From positions 84,460 through 148,459 of the forward strand of contig QPMI01000199.1 of the NCBI GenBank assembly GCA_004431415.1: 64,000 nt of DNA, read 5' to 3'. Made by a program: the position numbers and the translations under genes. Below, piece after piece: positions 32,657-43,200 of the stretch. The notes beneath the pieces were generated by a model, which had not been told where the DNA came from, ran no database searches, and worked only from the letters and a program-made list of their open reading frames with translations. The stretch's first letter is position 1. Each line of letters opens with the position of its first letter. The stretch comes from Cyanophora paradoxa CCMP329. Lineage: Eukaryota; Plantae; Glaucophyta.

Positions 32657-34150
32657 ATGAAGACCTGCCTCGCTTTGAGTGGAGGGGGGTCGCGTGGAAT
32701 AATCGAGGCTGCTATACTGGCACAGATTGAAGCCCAAACCGGTAAACGAATCCAACAGCTATTCGACTGCTTTGCGGGAACATCCACAGGTGGATTAATC
32801 GCGCTCCTATTGAATATCAAGGGAACCGATGGCGCCCCTAAATATACTGCCACTGATATTCTTGCGCTCTACAAAGCGAAACTACCGCTGATTTTTGCGA
32901 ATCCACGAGTGCTTACATCGATTGTGCAACGCCCCAAGTATGAAGCAACGAATTTAGAAGCTGTGGCTCTGGAACTCTGCGGCTCAGCGACCATGGCGGA
33001 TCTCTACAAACCCACCATAGTAACTGCGTTCGACACGGTTCAAATGTCCCCCGTTTTTATTTCAAGCAACGATGAAGATATTAATGGGATGCTTGTGCGC
33101 GATGCTGCAAGGGCTACCTCGGCTGCTCCGACCTATTTCGAGCCGAAACAAGTCACAGTCGCCGGAAGAACATATTGTTTAATCGATGGTTGCATGAGCG
33201 GAAATAATTCGCCCGGGGTTTGTGGCTACACATTCGCCCGCACTTTATTCGGAAACTCTTGCGAGGAGGAGCTTATCGTGGTCTCGATTACGGCGGGTCA
33301 CGTCCAAGACTCTGATAAGGCGACATCTGGATATTCGTATGACACTATGAAAAATTGGGGGATCGTGCAATGGATGCTAAGCGCCACAGGATCGCCAATT
33401 CTCAGCATGTTCTTAGAGTCGAGCGATCTAAACGCCCACGTAAAGCTACTGGAACTTTTACCCAGAAACGATGATCAGAATTACGATCGCTACTATAAGC
33501 TGAGCGTTCCTTTACCGAAAGATAAAATGACCCTCGATACTATCACAACGACGCACCTGCAATATTTGGAAACGGAAGCGCTCGCGTTTGTTTCCGCACA
33601 GCAAACGTATTTTAATGCGATGTATTCAGTGCTGACGATGAATATCTCAGAGGGCGATGTTCCCATAATTAATCTGTCCGGGTGCACAGATGTAAGCGCA
33701 CCCCCGGAGTCTAACTGGGTGCCGCTCGATAATAGCGCCTTTATTGCGGAATTTGGCACAGCTTCTGATGCCCGCTGGTCAAATGCTACGGGATGGGTGG
33801 GATTTACAAACCCGCCGCAAGGTAGTAGGTCGGGAGGCAATTATTTACGCATTGATTTTCCGCGTCTGTTTATGCTTTCCTCTATAAAAATGAAGCCGGC
33901 TGCGAATGGAAACTACATTAAAACGTTTGAGATCGATTACCAATTAACTCCGGGAGTGTCGGCACTTGTCACATACACAGAAGCCGGCGCGACGAGAGTG
34001 TTTACAAATGCAAATCAAATAGCCGGAAGTGCTGATCCCGACGAACATTTCTTAGCAAACCCGAGATCTGTGAGAACCCTCGTAATCTGGGTGCTCTCGA
34101 CGAACGTAGCTTCGGCATGCCGAATAGATTTCGAGGGCTACTACGTGTGA
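32657..34150 (+). CDS. Patatin-like phospholipase plus discoidin domain
   Basis: SGGGSRG, GTSTG, ATSAAPTYF, IDG; orthologue of 22458-24014. Confidence 0.92.
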   Translation: MKTCLALSGGGSRGIIEAAILAQIEAQTGKRIQQLFDCFAGTSTGGLIALLLNIKGTDGAPKYTATDILALYKAKLPLIFANPRVLTSIVQRPKYEATNLEAVALELCGSATMADLYKPTIVTAFDTVQMSPVFISSNDEDINGMLVRDAARATSAAPTYFEPKQVTVAGRTYCLIDGCMSGNNSPGVCGYTFARTLFGNSCEEELIVVSITAGHVQDSDKATSGYSYDTMKNWGIVQWMLSATGSPILSMFLESSDLNAHVKLLELLPRNDDQNYDRYYKLSVPLPKDKMTLDTITTTHLQYLETEALAFVSAQQTYFNAMYSVLTMNISEGDVPIINLSGCTDVSAPPESNWVPLDNSAFIAEFGTASDARWSNATGWVGFTNPPQGSRSGGNYLRIDFPRLFMLSSIKMKPAANGNYIKTFEIDYQLTPGVSALVTYTEAGATRVFTNANQIAGSADPDEHFLANPRSVRTLVIWVLSTNVASACRIDFEGYYV

Positions 34151-34157
34151 ACAGCGC

Positions 34158-35003
34158 TTAGTCGGTAATCACTTCCAGCTGGAACGAGAATGAGAGACCG
34201 TTTATATCCGCAACAGAGCCCCGCCATTTTCGAAGCGAAATTGTGAGACGATCTAAATCGAGTTGCGATGTGACATTTACGAAAGGGATGCTTGCGCTCG
34301 GTTCGTGGTAAAAGGAATATCTACCAAAGTCCGAGTTCATCTGAATTCGCAATAGATAGGAGTCGTCGACATTGTTCAGTCTACCTGTAACCGCTGCGAA
34401 TTTGGTAAAAGGGCGGAGCTCTTCGATATCAAGGTAAATATATGGAATTGCATTAAAGTCGACCATTTTCGGGCATATAATCGCGTAGCGACTGGGGTAA
34501 TCTCTGAGTGGAACCGGCACTGGTTCTGGTGTGCTGGTGTAAACCACTCCGGGTTCTATGCCGAGACAATCACAGAACTCCTGGTCTGAGGACTCTAATG
34601 TAAACGGGCTATTCGGAGAAGAGAACACGAACCGGTTGGTAGACAGAGCGAGAGAATAGGAAACGGGGAAGAGACCGAGAGGATTAAAAGAACCGCCTGA
34701 AAAACCGAGTAAAGCATCACTGTTTAAAGCTCTCTCTTTCGGATATCGTTCGTTATCAGCATCGACGTAATAATAATCGTTTACGCTGGGAATCGGTGCT
34801 ATCATTTTGGATGCGGGGATTACTGTGGGCTCTTCGTTCAAAAGCGTTATAGTTATTGTCTGATCGGGCGGAACAACATAAGAGCTATTGGGAATCTCAG
34901 CTGATAGCACACGAAATCGCCTTACATTATTAAGGCGCGTTTTCAAGTGCAGCACGCCGTTTTCAAGGTCTCTACTGTCGCAATTTATTGTTATTCTTTT
35001 CAT
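34158..35003 (-). CDS. Minor capsid protein 2 orthologue
   Basis: NCDSRD, SAEIPNS, DINGLSFSFQLEV. Confidence 0.75.
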   Translation of the reverse strand: MKRITINCDSRDLENGVLHLKTRLNNVRRFRVLSAEIPNSSYVVPPDQTITITLLNEEPTVIPASKMIAPIPSVNDYYYVDADNERYPKERALNSDALLGFSGGSFNPLGLFPVSYSLALSTNRFVFSSPNSPFTLESSDQEFCDCLGIEPGVVYTSTPEPVPVPLRDYPSRYAIICPKMVDFNAIPYIYLDIEELRPFTKFAAVTGRLNNVDDSYLLRIQMNSDFGRYSFYHEPSASIPFVNVTSQLDLDRLTISLRKWRGSVADINGLSFSFQLEVITD

Positions 35004-35019
35004 AATCTATTATAGTAAG

Positions 35020-35945
35020 ATGAAAGAATACCTGAGCTTTTCGAGCGATGATCGCGATGAGGAGTTTACTCAGCCAAACCAGTATGTAGTGACATTACCC
35101 CGTCGCTATGACAACGTAAAATCGGTGCGCCTGGTGCAGGCAACGGTTCCCAATGTTCTTTCGACCGTGACAAACGATATAGACGCCACTGGTGCAACCA
35201 TCGAGCGCATGGAACTCTATTTCTCGGTCACAGCTTCGGATTCCGGATTCGTGACCATCACAATCCCAAAGGATTTTACACCAAAGACGACCTTGCCGCA
35301 AAAGTCACAGAAAGACTCGAAGCAGCTCGCCTTTCAGATTTCGGTGGAAAATATATTAAATGCCGCTATAATACTACTTCAAAGATCTATGAGTTTTTCA
35401 GTGATAGTAACTTTTGGTTCAAGTTCTCCAAAGCTTCCCCTGAAACACTCAGAAAATCCAGTAATCGCAAAGCAATCGCTAAGAAACTCGCAATATTCGG
35501 TTTCAAAGATATTCAACTATATGTTTACGAGACATTTACCCCTCTTGCAAGCGATACATTCCTTGTGTTTAATCCTGGGACGGGAACTGTGACACTCAAT
35601 CGACGCATTCGCGGCTATACTCGTGGAGATGAGACCCCGGCGGCGATGATCTGGCTATATATTGACGAATTTGCGCCGTTTATTCGCTCAGTCAACAAGC
35701 ACGTCGATGGTTATTTCATGCGCATTCCAATCCCACAGGAACTCGAACATGGTGATATCTACCACTTCGACACGTCCACTACGGTGCCTCTCATTCGTGA
35801 ATTCCGCGAATTAAAATCGTTCGACCGCTTGACGATTAAACTCATCGACCATGATGGCGCTCTCTTAGATTTCGGGGTTTGGGCGCATTATTTCACTTTT
35901 GAAATCGAAACCTACGACGCACCGCCCGAAATGAATTTCTACTAA
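35020..35945 (+). CDS. Minor capsid protein 1 orthologue; frameshift near 35268
   Basis: SSDDRD...LPRRYDNVKSVRLVQATVPN; continues IPKGFYTKDDL in the other frame; LDFG..YFTFEI. Confidence 0.7.
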
Positions 35946-35992
35946 GCCCTTTAAATTATTTTCTGATCCCAAAGATAAGAGAAGAAACGCTC

Positions 35993-37306
35993 ATGGAGAC
36001 TAACAGCCAATTCCAGCGCCCAACGCTGAAATCTATGCTCACCACCGATGACTACAAGGATTATTTCCTAAACAAGTCGCTGGTCATTGGAACGTCCTCT
36101 GGCACTAAGCCACTTCGAGTTCTGGTCGCCCCCGATACCGAACCAACCAATGCCCTCGGTAACCGAGTAGTTTTCAAGATCCCCCGCTACCATTTCCTGA
36201 ATGGTCTCGCGCTGCAACTCGACCTTAACCCGATCACCCTCACTGATCTCACGAATGGTGTCGCTGGAACTACTGGCTACCTTCGCGTTATTGGATCGTT
36301 AATTAAGCGCATTGAAATCTCTCACGCTTCATTCCGCTATGTTGTCCCGGAAGATTTCGTCACCCAGTATTTTCTACTGATGACTGAACAGGGCGAACTC
36401 GATAAGAAACTTCGCTATGTGGGTGGTCTTGTCGGAACCGCTGGTAACACTGTCGGTGGAACCTACGAAATCGATTTACCCTCTCCTTTCGAGAAGGCGA
36501 TGTTCCCACTTTGCGCTCTGAACTCTGAGATCACAGTAGAAATCGAATTCAAGGCGCAAGGGGATGGTATCATTGAGGATGTAAACAATGTTGCTAATAT
36601 TGCGGTAACCAACAATGGCGCTTCCCTTCAAGTGCTGAAACCCCGCGTTATTTGCAAGGTCGTAAATGCCGATGAGGCGGTTGTATCTGAGACCATTGCC
36701 CGTGTTAAATCGACTGGCATCGCGATCCCCTACAACGAAATCGGTTTCCTACACACAGATTTCCAGCCGACCGCCTCCGGTTCGCGAGTCAATCTCTCGC
36801 AACTCACAGGTGCGGGTCTCATCCACACTCTCGTATTCTCTGTGCGCCAAAACGCGAAGACGAAGGTGAACAATGGAACTCTCTCGGTTCTGGCTCCTCG
36901 TGCGCTCAGAACCAACGCCGTAAGCTTCTATGTGGAACTCAACAATAACCGCCTTTACTCGAATACTTCGCTTCCTCTCATGATTGCCGCGACCGAACTT
37001 CAAGATAAATATAATTCGGCGATCTTTACCGAGAGCACAAGCTACCCCGCTCTCACTGGCATTTACTTCGGTGCTGGAAACGGAAAGGCGTCGCTTCTCA
37101 ACCAAGAGAACACGGGCTACATCGATGCCACAGGCACATCGGCGTTCGATCTGGTCTTCGAATTCAACGGTGTCACAACGGCAGCCGAAGGTTCATCAGA
37201 ATGGTATGCGGGTGCCGCTTATCAGAAGATGCAAATTCAGTGCATTGCCCTTGCTCATAACATAATGATAATTGGTGCCGACGGAATCAGGCGTGTAAGT
37301 AGCTAA
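35993..37306 (+). CDS. Major capsid protein (probable double jelly roll)
   Basis: GNRVVFKIPRY; colinear homologue of 19075-20442. Confidence 0.8.
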   Translation: METNSQFQRPTLKSMLTTDDYKDYFLNKSLVIGTSSGTKPLRVLVAPDTEPTNALGNRVVFKIPRYHFLNGLALQLDLNPITLTDLTNGVAGTTGYLRVIGSLIKRIEISHASFRYVVPEDFVTQYFLLMTEQGELDKKLRYVGGLVGTAGNTVGGTYEIDLPSPFEKAMFPLCALNSEITVEIEFKAQGDGIIEDVNNVANIAVTNNGASLQVLKPRVICKVVNADEAVVSETIARVKSTGIAIPYNEIGFLHTDFQPTASGSRVNLSQLTGAGLIHTLVFSVRQNAKTKVNNGTLSVLAPRALRTNAVSFYVELNNNRLYSNTSLPLMIAATELQDKYNSAIFTESTSYPALTGIYFGAGNGKASLLNQENTGYIDATGTSAFDLVFEFNGVTTAAEGSSEWYAGAAYQKMQIQCIALAHNIMIIGADGIRRVSS

Positions 37307-37364
37307 GGAATTCGTGCGATTACCACATTCAGTCTTATTTTTCTATTGTTTTTATAGTGAAAGA

Positions 37365-38231
37365 ATGCAAAAAGGGACGACGCCCATAGATCTTGAAGAA
37401 TGGAACCCGAAACAGAGGGTGAAACTTCCCGCACGATTTCTCCTATTGGCGAAAACCAATTGTGGTAAATCGGTATTCTTAAAGTGGCTGATCAAAGAAC
37501 TCGAAGACCAGATCTCATACGTTCTGGTCTTTTGTCCAACGAGTTTCAACGGTTTCTGGGGACAAATTACAGACGAAGTGCATGACACCTGGAAACCGGA
37601 ATATGTAGAGTCGATCATAGAAGCCCGCAAAAAAGCCATCATTGCGGGTAAGAAACCAAAGAATATTCTCATTGTGCTCGACGATTGTTTGGAGTCCGGA
37701 ACGATCGATCTTTCGCGCGATCATTTGCTAAATAAATTGATGGCGCAAGGTCGTCATACTTTTTGCAGCGTGGCTTTAATATCGCAGAAACTAACAAAGC
37801 TTTCAACGATCATTCGCAGCAATGCGGAGTATATCATATTCCTAAGCTGGTCAAACATGCGAGAGTTTGAAGCATATCACGAAGAGTTCGGGAACATGGA
37901 TAAAGAGAGTTTTAAGCGCATGTTCCAAGAATTCTGTCATAGCTACCAAGCGATCATTCACGATAATACGGGGTATTCTGTGCGATGGTGGGTCGAAAAA
38001 GCCGATATGATCGATGACCATCCGTTTACTAAATTCCACAAGCGGGCGGCTTTTGAAGAAAAGAAGCGCAAACAGCAAGAGGAGCAAGCATCAAAACCGC
38101 CGCCTGTCAAAGATTCGACAACTGTATGCAAAACTTTATCCAAATTTGAGCGTGAGCTTGAAGGTATCCCCAAACTTTCGCAAATTTCGCCCAAGAAAAA
38201 GAAAATGTTAATCAAGTGTAAGAAAAGATAA
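37365..38231 (+). CDS. A32-type packaging ATPase
   Basis: AKTNCGKS, IVLDD, QGRH, ISQ, IRSN. Confidence 0.92.
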   Translation: MQKGTTPIDLEEWNPKQRVKLPARFLLLAKTNCGKSVFLKWLIKELEDQISYVLVFCPTSFNGFWGQITDEVHDTWKPEYVESIIEARKKAIIAGKKPKNILIVLDDCLESGTIDLSRDHLLNKLMAQGRHTFCSVALISQKLTKLSTIIRSNAEYIIFLSWSNMREFEAYHEEFGNMDKESFKRMFQEFCHSYQAIIHDNTGYSVRWWVEKADMIDDHPFTKFHKRAAFEEKKRKQQEEQASKPPPVKDSTTVCKTLSKFERELEGIPKLSQISPKKKKMLIKCKKR

Positions 38232-38233
38232 TC

Positions 38234-38917
38234 ATGGTCTACCGAAAGAAGCCTCAAACCATTCAAACGGTCGCTTCTGGTAATCCTAATCGCGGACTTG
38301 AAGAGTCTGGATTAACGTCGGGCGGCGGTCTCGAAATGCCCGAATATCTTATAGACACTTCGCCAGAAGAGGTCGCCAAGCAAGAGGCGATTATTGCGAG
38401 TGCCACCGCGGACAAGGGAAACCAAGATAGCGGTAAACGCCAAATGGACGATTTAGCTACTGTAAAACCACAGATTGGAGGCGGCTCCATCGATGAAGCA
38501 ACCGACAAAGTACTAAAAGCGCAAGTTGTCGCAAGCCAGCACAAAACGCAAGACGTCCCAAAAGCCGCCGAAACTGAGCTTAAAAAGCGCGGATCCTATC
38601 AAAAACACACGGTTCCTGTCGACGTTGTCATGAGCTTTGAAGAGAAAGTGCGAGACCTTGAAATGAAAGTGTCAAACTACGAGAAATGGATGCAAGATTA
38701 TAACGAACGCAAGAAATTAAAGGGGCTCGTGAAGAAAGAGATCTCCAAACTCGGATTAAAGCAAAAGGTCGACGTAGAGGAGATTAAAAAGGAGGAAAAG
38801 ACAGATGCGCAAGCCGTAACGCGTCAGCAATCGGTCGCCCCGCAATATGCACATATAGTGCCGACTGCACCAGCGAATTTCGCGGCAATGCTCGGTGGTA
38901 AACGCCATATCCGCTAA
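38234..38917 (+). CDS. Hypothetical Lys-rich coiled-coil protein
   Basis: Homologue of 17464-18198. Confidence 0.7.
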   Translation: MVYRKKPQTIQTVASGNPNRGLEESGLTSGGGLEMPEYLIDTSPEEVAKQEAIIASATADKGNQDSGKRQMDDLATVKPQIGGGSIDEATDKVLKAQVVASQHKTQDVPKAAETELKKRGSYQKHTVPVDVVMSFEEKVRDLEMKVSNYEKWMQDYNERKKLKGLVKKEISKLGLKQKVDVEEIKKEEKTDAQAVTRQQSVAPQYAHIVPTAPANFAAMLGGKRHIR

Positions 38918-39121
38918 TGGCTGTGAATATCCGCAAGGCAAAGCTGAACCCGCCCGTATTTAGAGCGTGTCTTAATGTGAATGCCCTTGCAAAACGGGCA
39001 CGTCGGCTCCATAAACAGCATTATAAGGTCGACCAACTCATAAGGAAACACACGAGCAAGCAATAGCCTCATTCCCTTTTATTTTCTCACATATTTAATA
39101 CGTTGTCCAATTGTAGGATTG

Positions 39122-39511
39122 ATGAATTTCATCACACAATGCATTGAGATGTTTCAGCTTCATGTCGTGTCTAATTGTCACAGTCCCTGCTGCGATACAA
39201 CCGTGGAGGTTGACATATCTGATGGCGAAGAGAATGGAGATAGGCGCCTTTCTGTTATTTCGACCACTCACACGAACACCCCCACAAGATCACGAAGAGG
39301 GTCACCTGCGCCACCTCACACTAACACCCCTCCAAAATCACGAAGAGGGTCGCCTGCCCCGGTAGCTGCCCAAATAGAGGATGTGCATATAGAGTTTATA
39401 AGGAGGCGCTTATATCCTCACATAGTAAATGGTCATTTTCGCGCTGACTCGCCATTGCCAACATTGGAGCGAATGGCATCAGAAAGCGATGAAGAATGGA
39501 AAGGATATTAA
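39122..39511 (+). CDS. Small protein with HVVSNCHSxCC motif and duplicated HTNTP.xSRRGSPAP
   Basis: Homologue of 17169-17441. Confidence 0.75.
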   Translation: MNFITQCIEMFQLHVVSNCHSPCCDTTVEVDISDGEENGDRRLSVISTTHTNTPTRSRRGSPAPPHTNTPPKSRRGSPAPVAAQIEDVHIEFIRRRLYPHIVNGHFRADSPLPTLERMASESDEEWKGY

Positions 39512-39627
39512 TTTTTGTGGTGCTGTTATCGCTCCGAGCGCAAAAATTGAAGGTTTCGGTAAAAGGTATATAAGGGCAAGGGAAATAATACAGAGTGACA
39601 AAAAACTATTTTCTCCGGTTATAGTAA

Positions 39628-40041
39628 ATGGCGAAACCCAAGATTTCAAACCAAGAGGCAATGGCGGCACAGCAGGAAAAGCGCAGACCCGGGCGACCGA
39701 AAAAGGTGATTTCAGAAGAGGAGAAGGCGGAGAGATTAAGATTAAAACGCGAGAAAGATGCCGAGCGGCAGCGAAACAAGCATCAGAGACAGAAACAGGA
39801 GCGATTAGCCGCCGGAGAGGCTACGATATTCACCCCGGAGCAGCTACAAAAGATTGCAATTCGTAAACAGCAGCGATACCAAGACGATGAAGAGTATCGG
39901 GAGAAAATCCGAGAGAAGGCACGTGAATACCAACGCAGAAAGAGAGCGGAACGCAAGCTGAACCCACCCGCTAAACCTCAGCCGCAAAAGCCAGCTGGAA
40001 GACCCCGAAAGCATGTGGTCGAGAACGCGAAAAATTCGTAG
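39628..40041 (+). CDS. Basic protein with two AT-hook-like motifs
   Basis: RRPGRPKK, GRPRK; homologue of 16461-16787. Confidence 0.78.
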   Translation: MAKPKISNQEAMAAQQEKRRPGRPKKVISEEEKAERLRLKREKDAERQRNKHQRQKQERLAAGEATIFTPEQLQKIAIRKQQRYQDDEEYREKIREKAREYQRRKRAERKLNPPAKPQPQKPAGRPRKHVVENAKNS

Positions 40042-40210
40042 CGAAAAGTACCGTACGATGCAAAAAATGATTAATTTTTTTACCTCCCTTTTTATTCCCC
40101 GTATCGTTCAAAAAAGCACTTAAAGAATTGGCGACAAGGGTATGAAAAGGAGAATTTGGTAGATTGCGCCGAAATTATTTTCTCCGGTTATTTTAAAAGA
40201 ACTAATAGAG

Positions 40211-43200
40211 ATGCCGCGCGCAACCAACAGAATCGCTAACAATGTTCGGGATGAAATTATCGGATACATTATGCAGGGATTGAGTCAGGATTTGCTAACC
40301 GAAGAACAGGCGCATTGGGCGATGCACAACACAATGAATCGGAAGCCCAAGCTCCAAACGCTGATCGACATTCGGGACACTCTGAAAGGCATCATTAATC
40401 CCCGCGTTTTCCGCAGGGCAGAGCGGAAAGAGAAGCGCGCCGCTCGCACCCAAGTTAATATAGAAAAGCAAAAGCAAAAAGAACAAGAGGCGAAGCGTTT
40501 ACAGCGCTTCGATCGCAAACAAGAACAGAAACGGGCGAAAGAAGCGAAGCTCCAAGCGAAGCAATTCAAAGGACAGCTAAAAGCGGTAGAGGATGCGATT
40601 AAACGCACTATTCTCGATCCAATCGCCCAATATGATCCGGAAACTCTCGCAACAATTACGTTCAAGATGTGGGCACCTGGATCCGGTGCTCGGTCGTCGG
40701 AGGTAATTGTTATTCCCGGAATTCCCGGAACATATATAAAAGACAAAACCTTTGTCACCTACCAGAATATAAGAGAGACAGTTTCGGTGAGGGTGTTGCG
40801 AAACTTTGCTCTGGCAAAGATCGATAGAGTGTATGGAATTCTCACCGCTCAAAATCGTTATTATTCGGAAGAGAGAGATTCAATCTTCGATTTACTCGAA
40901 AACTACGATGAATTGAAGATTGGTCTGGGAACTTTCGGACAAGCATACGAGATGTTCTTCTTTAAGACACCACCAACCGAGGAACAGAAAAAACTACGCA
41001 AAGGTTTCGATGATTTTGGCGGCAGTGTCGATGATGCCTTTATAACTGTTCATGAGGTCGTGATCTATGGGGACGAAGGTGTCGAAGATGACGGAGCCGG
41101 TGCTATACCTGGAAATCGCTATGCGTTTCTGGATGAGGAGCTAATGGACAGTATGCGATGCACCGCGATTATGAGCAAATTCACAGACTACACATTAAAT
41201 CCAAACGCGTCTGAGTTCGAAGATGTTATTGAGCTTCCCAAATCATCGACATCTAACGCTTGCGGCTACGATATGATCATCTCCACATGGGGAGCGTCCA
41301 TTAAGAAGTGTCAGGAGGCGCCAAAACCGCGATATACTGACTTAACTATGTCGTACGACGGTCTCTATAAATTCTTTCACGGTCGTGAACGCACACCTGA
41401 CGACTCTCTGGCTCTCACCCTCCGCCATATCGAGAAATTCTGTAAGAGAATTCAGACAGGCTTCCGCGTCTTTGATGTCGACGGAAAGTTAATATACAAA
41501 TTCGCGGCAGAATCAATTAACAAAAATATCAATCCCCGTAATATTCACTTTATGATTCACAACAAGCACATCTATATATTCAACGATAACATCAAGTCGC
41601 TCGAAATGCGCATGGCAAAGATGGAGGTCGAAGAGCTCGATAATCATGTTCCTAAGTCGAACTCTTCGTTAGCACTCTATAAAATTCCGACGTGTCTTAC
41701 TCACGATATCTTCGCGCACACATCCAAGGATCTGTTAAAGATCACGCAATTAAAACTATCGCCTGACGAGCGCAGTTTCATCCGCATTCTTTATACTGGG
41801 CGCGAAGGTCTGGAAGGTCTTCTATTTACGTTCCTGAAAATGCGATATGAGCCCGCAGTGAAGCTAACACCATCGAAACAGATCGACAGCATCACATTCA
41901 AAGCTAATGGCTCGATGTTCTCTATCAAAGATCCACGCACAACCGACCACTTTATTGAGCAAGATTTCGAAACAGAGGAGTATTATAATAAGGTCTGTGA
42001 AATCGGGAAGGGATTCCGGGAGTCGCTACTGAATACCACGAATATCTCACATTACAGCCCGAACATGCGCGAAATTCTCACGCACTACAAGCGATCCGCA
42101 CTAAGCGGCTTTTTCTATAAGCCGAACCCGAAAGCTACCTACACAGCTGTCGATATGGCGAAGTGCTACCCTTCGATACTGAAAGGCATGCAATATCTTC
42201 CGAAATACAATGTATTCGATGACTTCGTTCCCTTTAAAGCGGGAAGCGATATTCTCGAATACGCGATCTACTACGTGCGTGTCGTTGCGTTTGAGAGAGA
42301 GCAAGCGACTTTCGCCGATGATGAGGATGTAGATTATGATGCCGCCATGTCTCGCAAGATCGACGGAATCGAAATAATTCTGGATCGCGCATTTTCCGTG
42401 AGTGGTCGATGCTACAATTTCATCACAGGCTACACTCTCTCCATGCATTGGGCGGACGTAAAGGACAAGATAGAGATTATTGCGGTCGCGGAGCCTTCGC
42501 ATTTGGTGCCCAATACGTCGATCTCCGAGATGAAGAAAGTACTTTCAAGTGACATTCAAACCACGGACAAGAAGCACATTTTAGTGAAAGAGATCGGAAT
42601 GCTCGGCAAATTCCAAGACTCGCAAACATCCACGAAAATGTTCTACAACCGTGCCGAGGCTGAGAGGTTCGCCCAAGAATGCGGAGGAACAGTAGAGGTG
42701 TTTACTTTCAATCCTAAGAATTCGAAACGTGTCAAAACTCTTAGCGAATTCGAAGGTCACATCTATTTCGTTAAGATCAGCTCCCACCGCGAGCTCGTTA
42801 ACGGATTCCTTCCTATCCACTTTCATATTTACGATCGCAACCGTGCCAATATGTTTGCGCAATACAAGCGCCTGACAGCGCGCGGGCACAAGGTTGCCGG
42901 GATCAGAACGGATTGCCTATATATCGAAGGTTCATGGACAAGTAAGAAAGAGTTCGACCGAAATGCGTTTGAGAACATGGGCAAATTCAGCTATATTCCC
43001 GGGAAAAGATGCCCTGAGAATGCACTCCGCCCACCACGGGGTGTAACTCTCGAATTTCAGGATCCCGAGACACTCATTAACCGGTTCTCGCTGAGGGACG
43101 AATTTAATCCGGAGTGCTTTAATTGGGTTGCGAAGCTCCATAATCGTATGCGTGTCCTTGCTGACATGCCCGGAAGTGGAAAGTCGACACTCGGTATTAA

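Noticed and set aside
32614-32853. N-terminal 80 aa of the 1321-aa ORF
   Set aside because: Antisense to the patatin gene; homology with the PLV-A fibre places the start at MSFLNP (32613).
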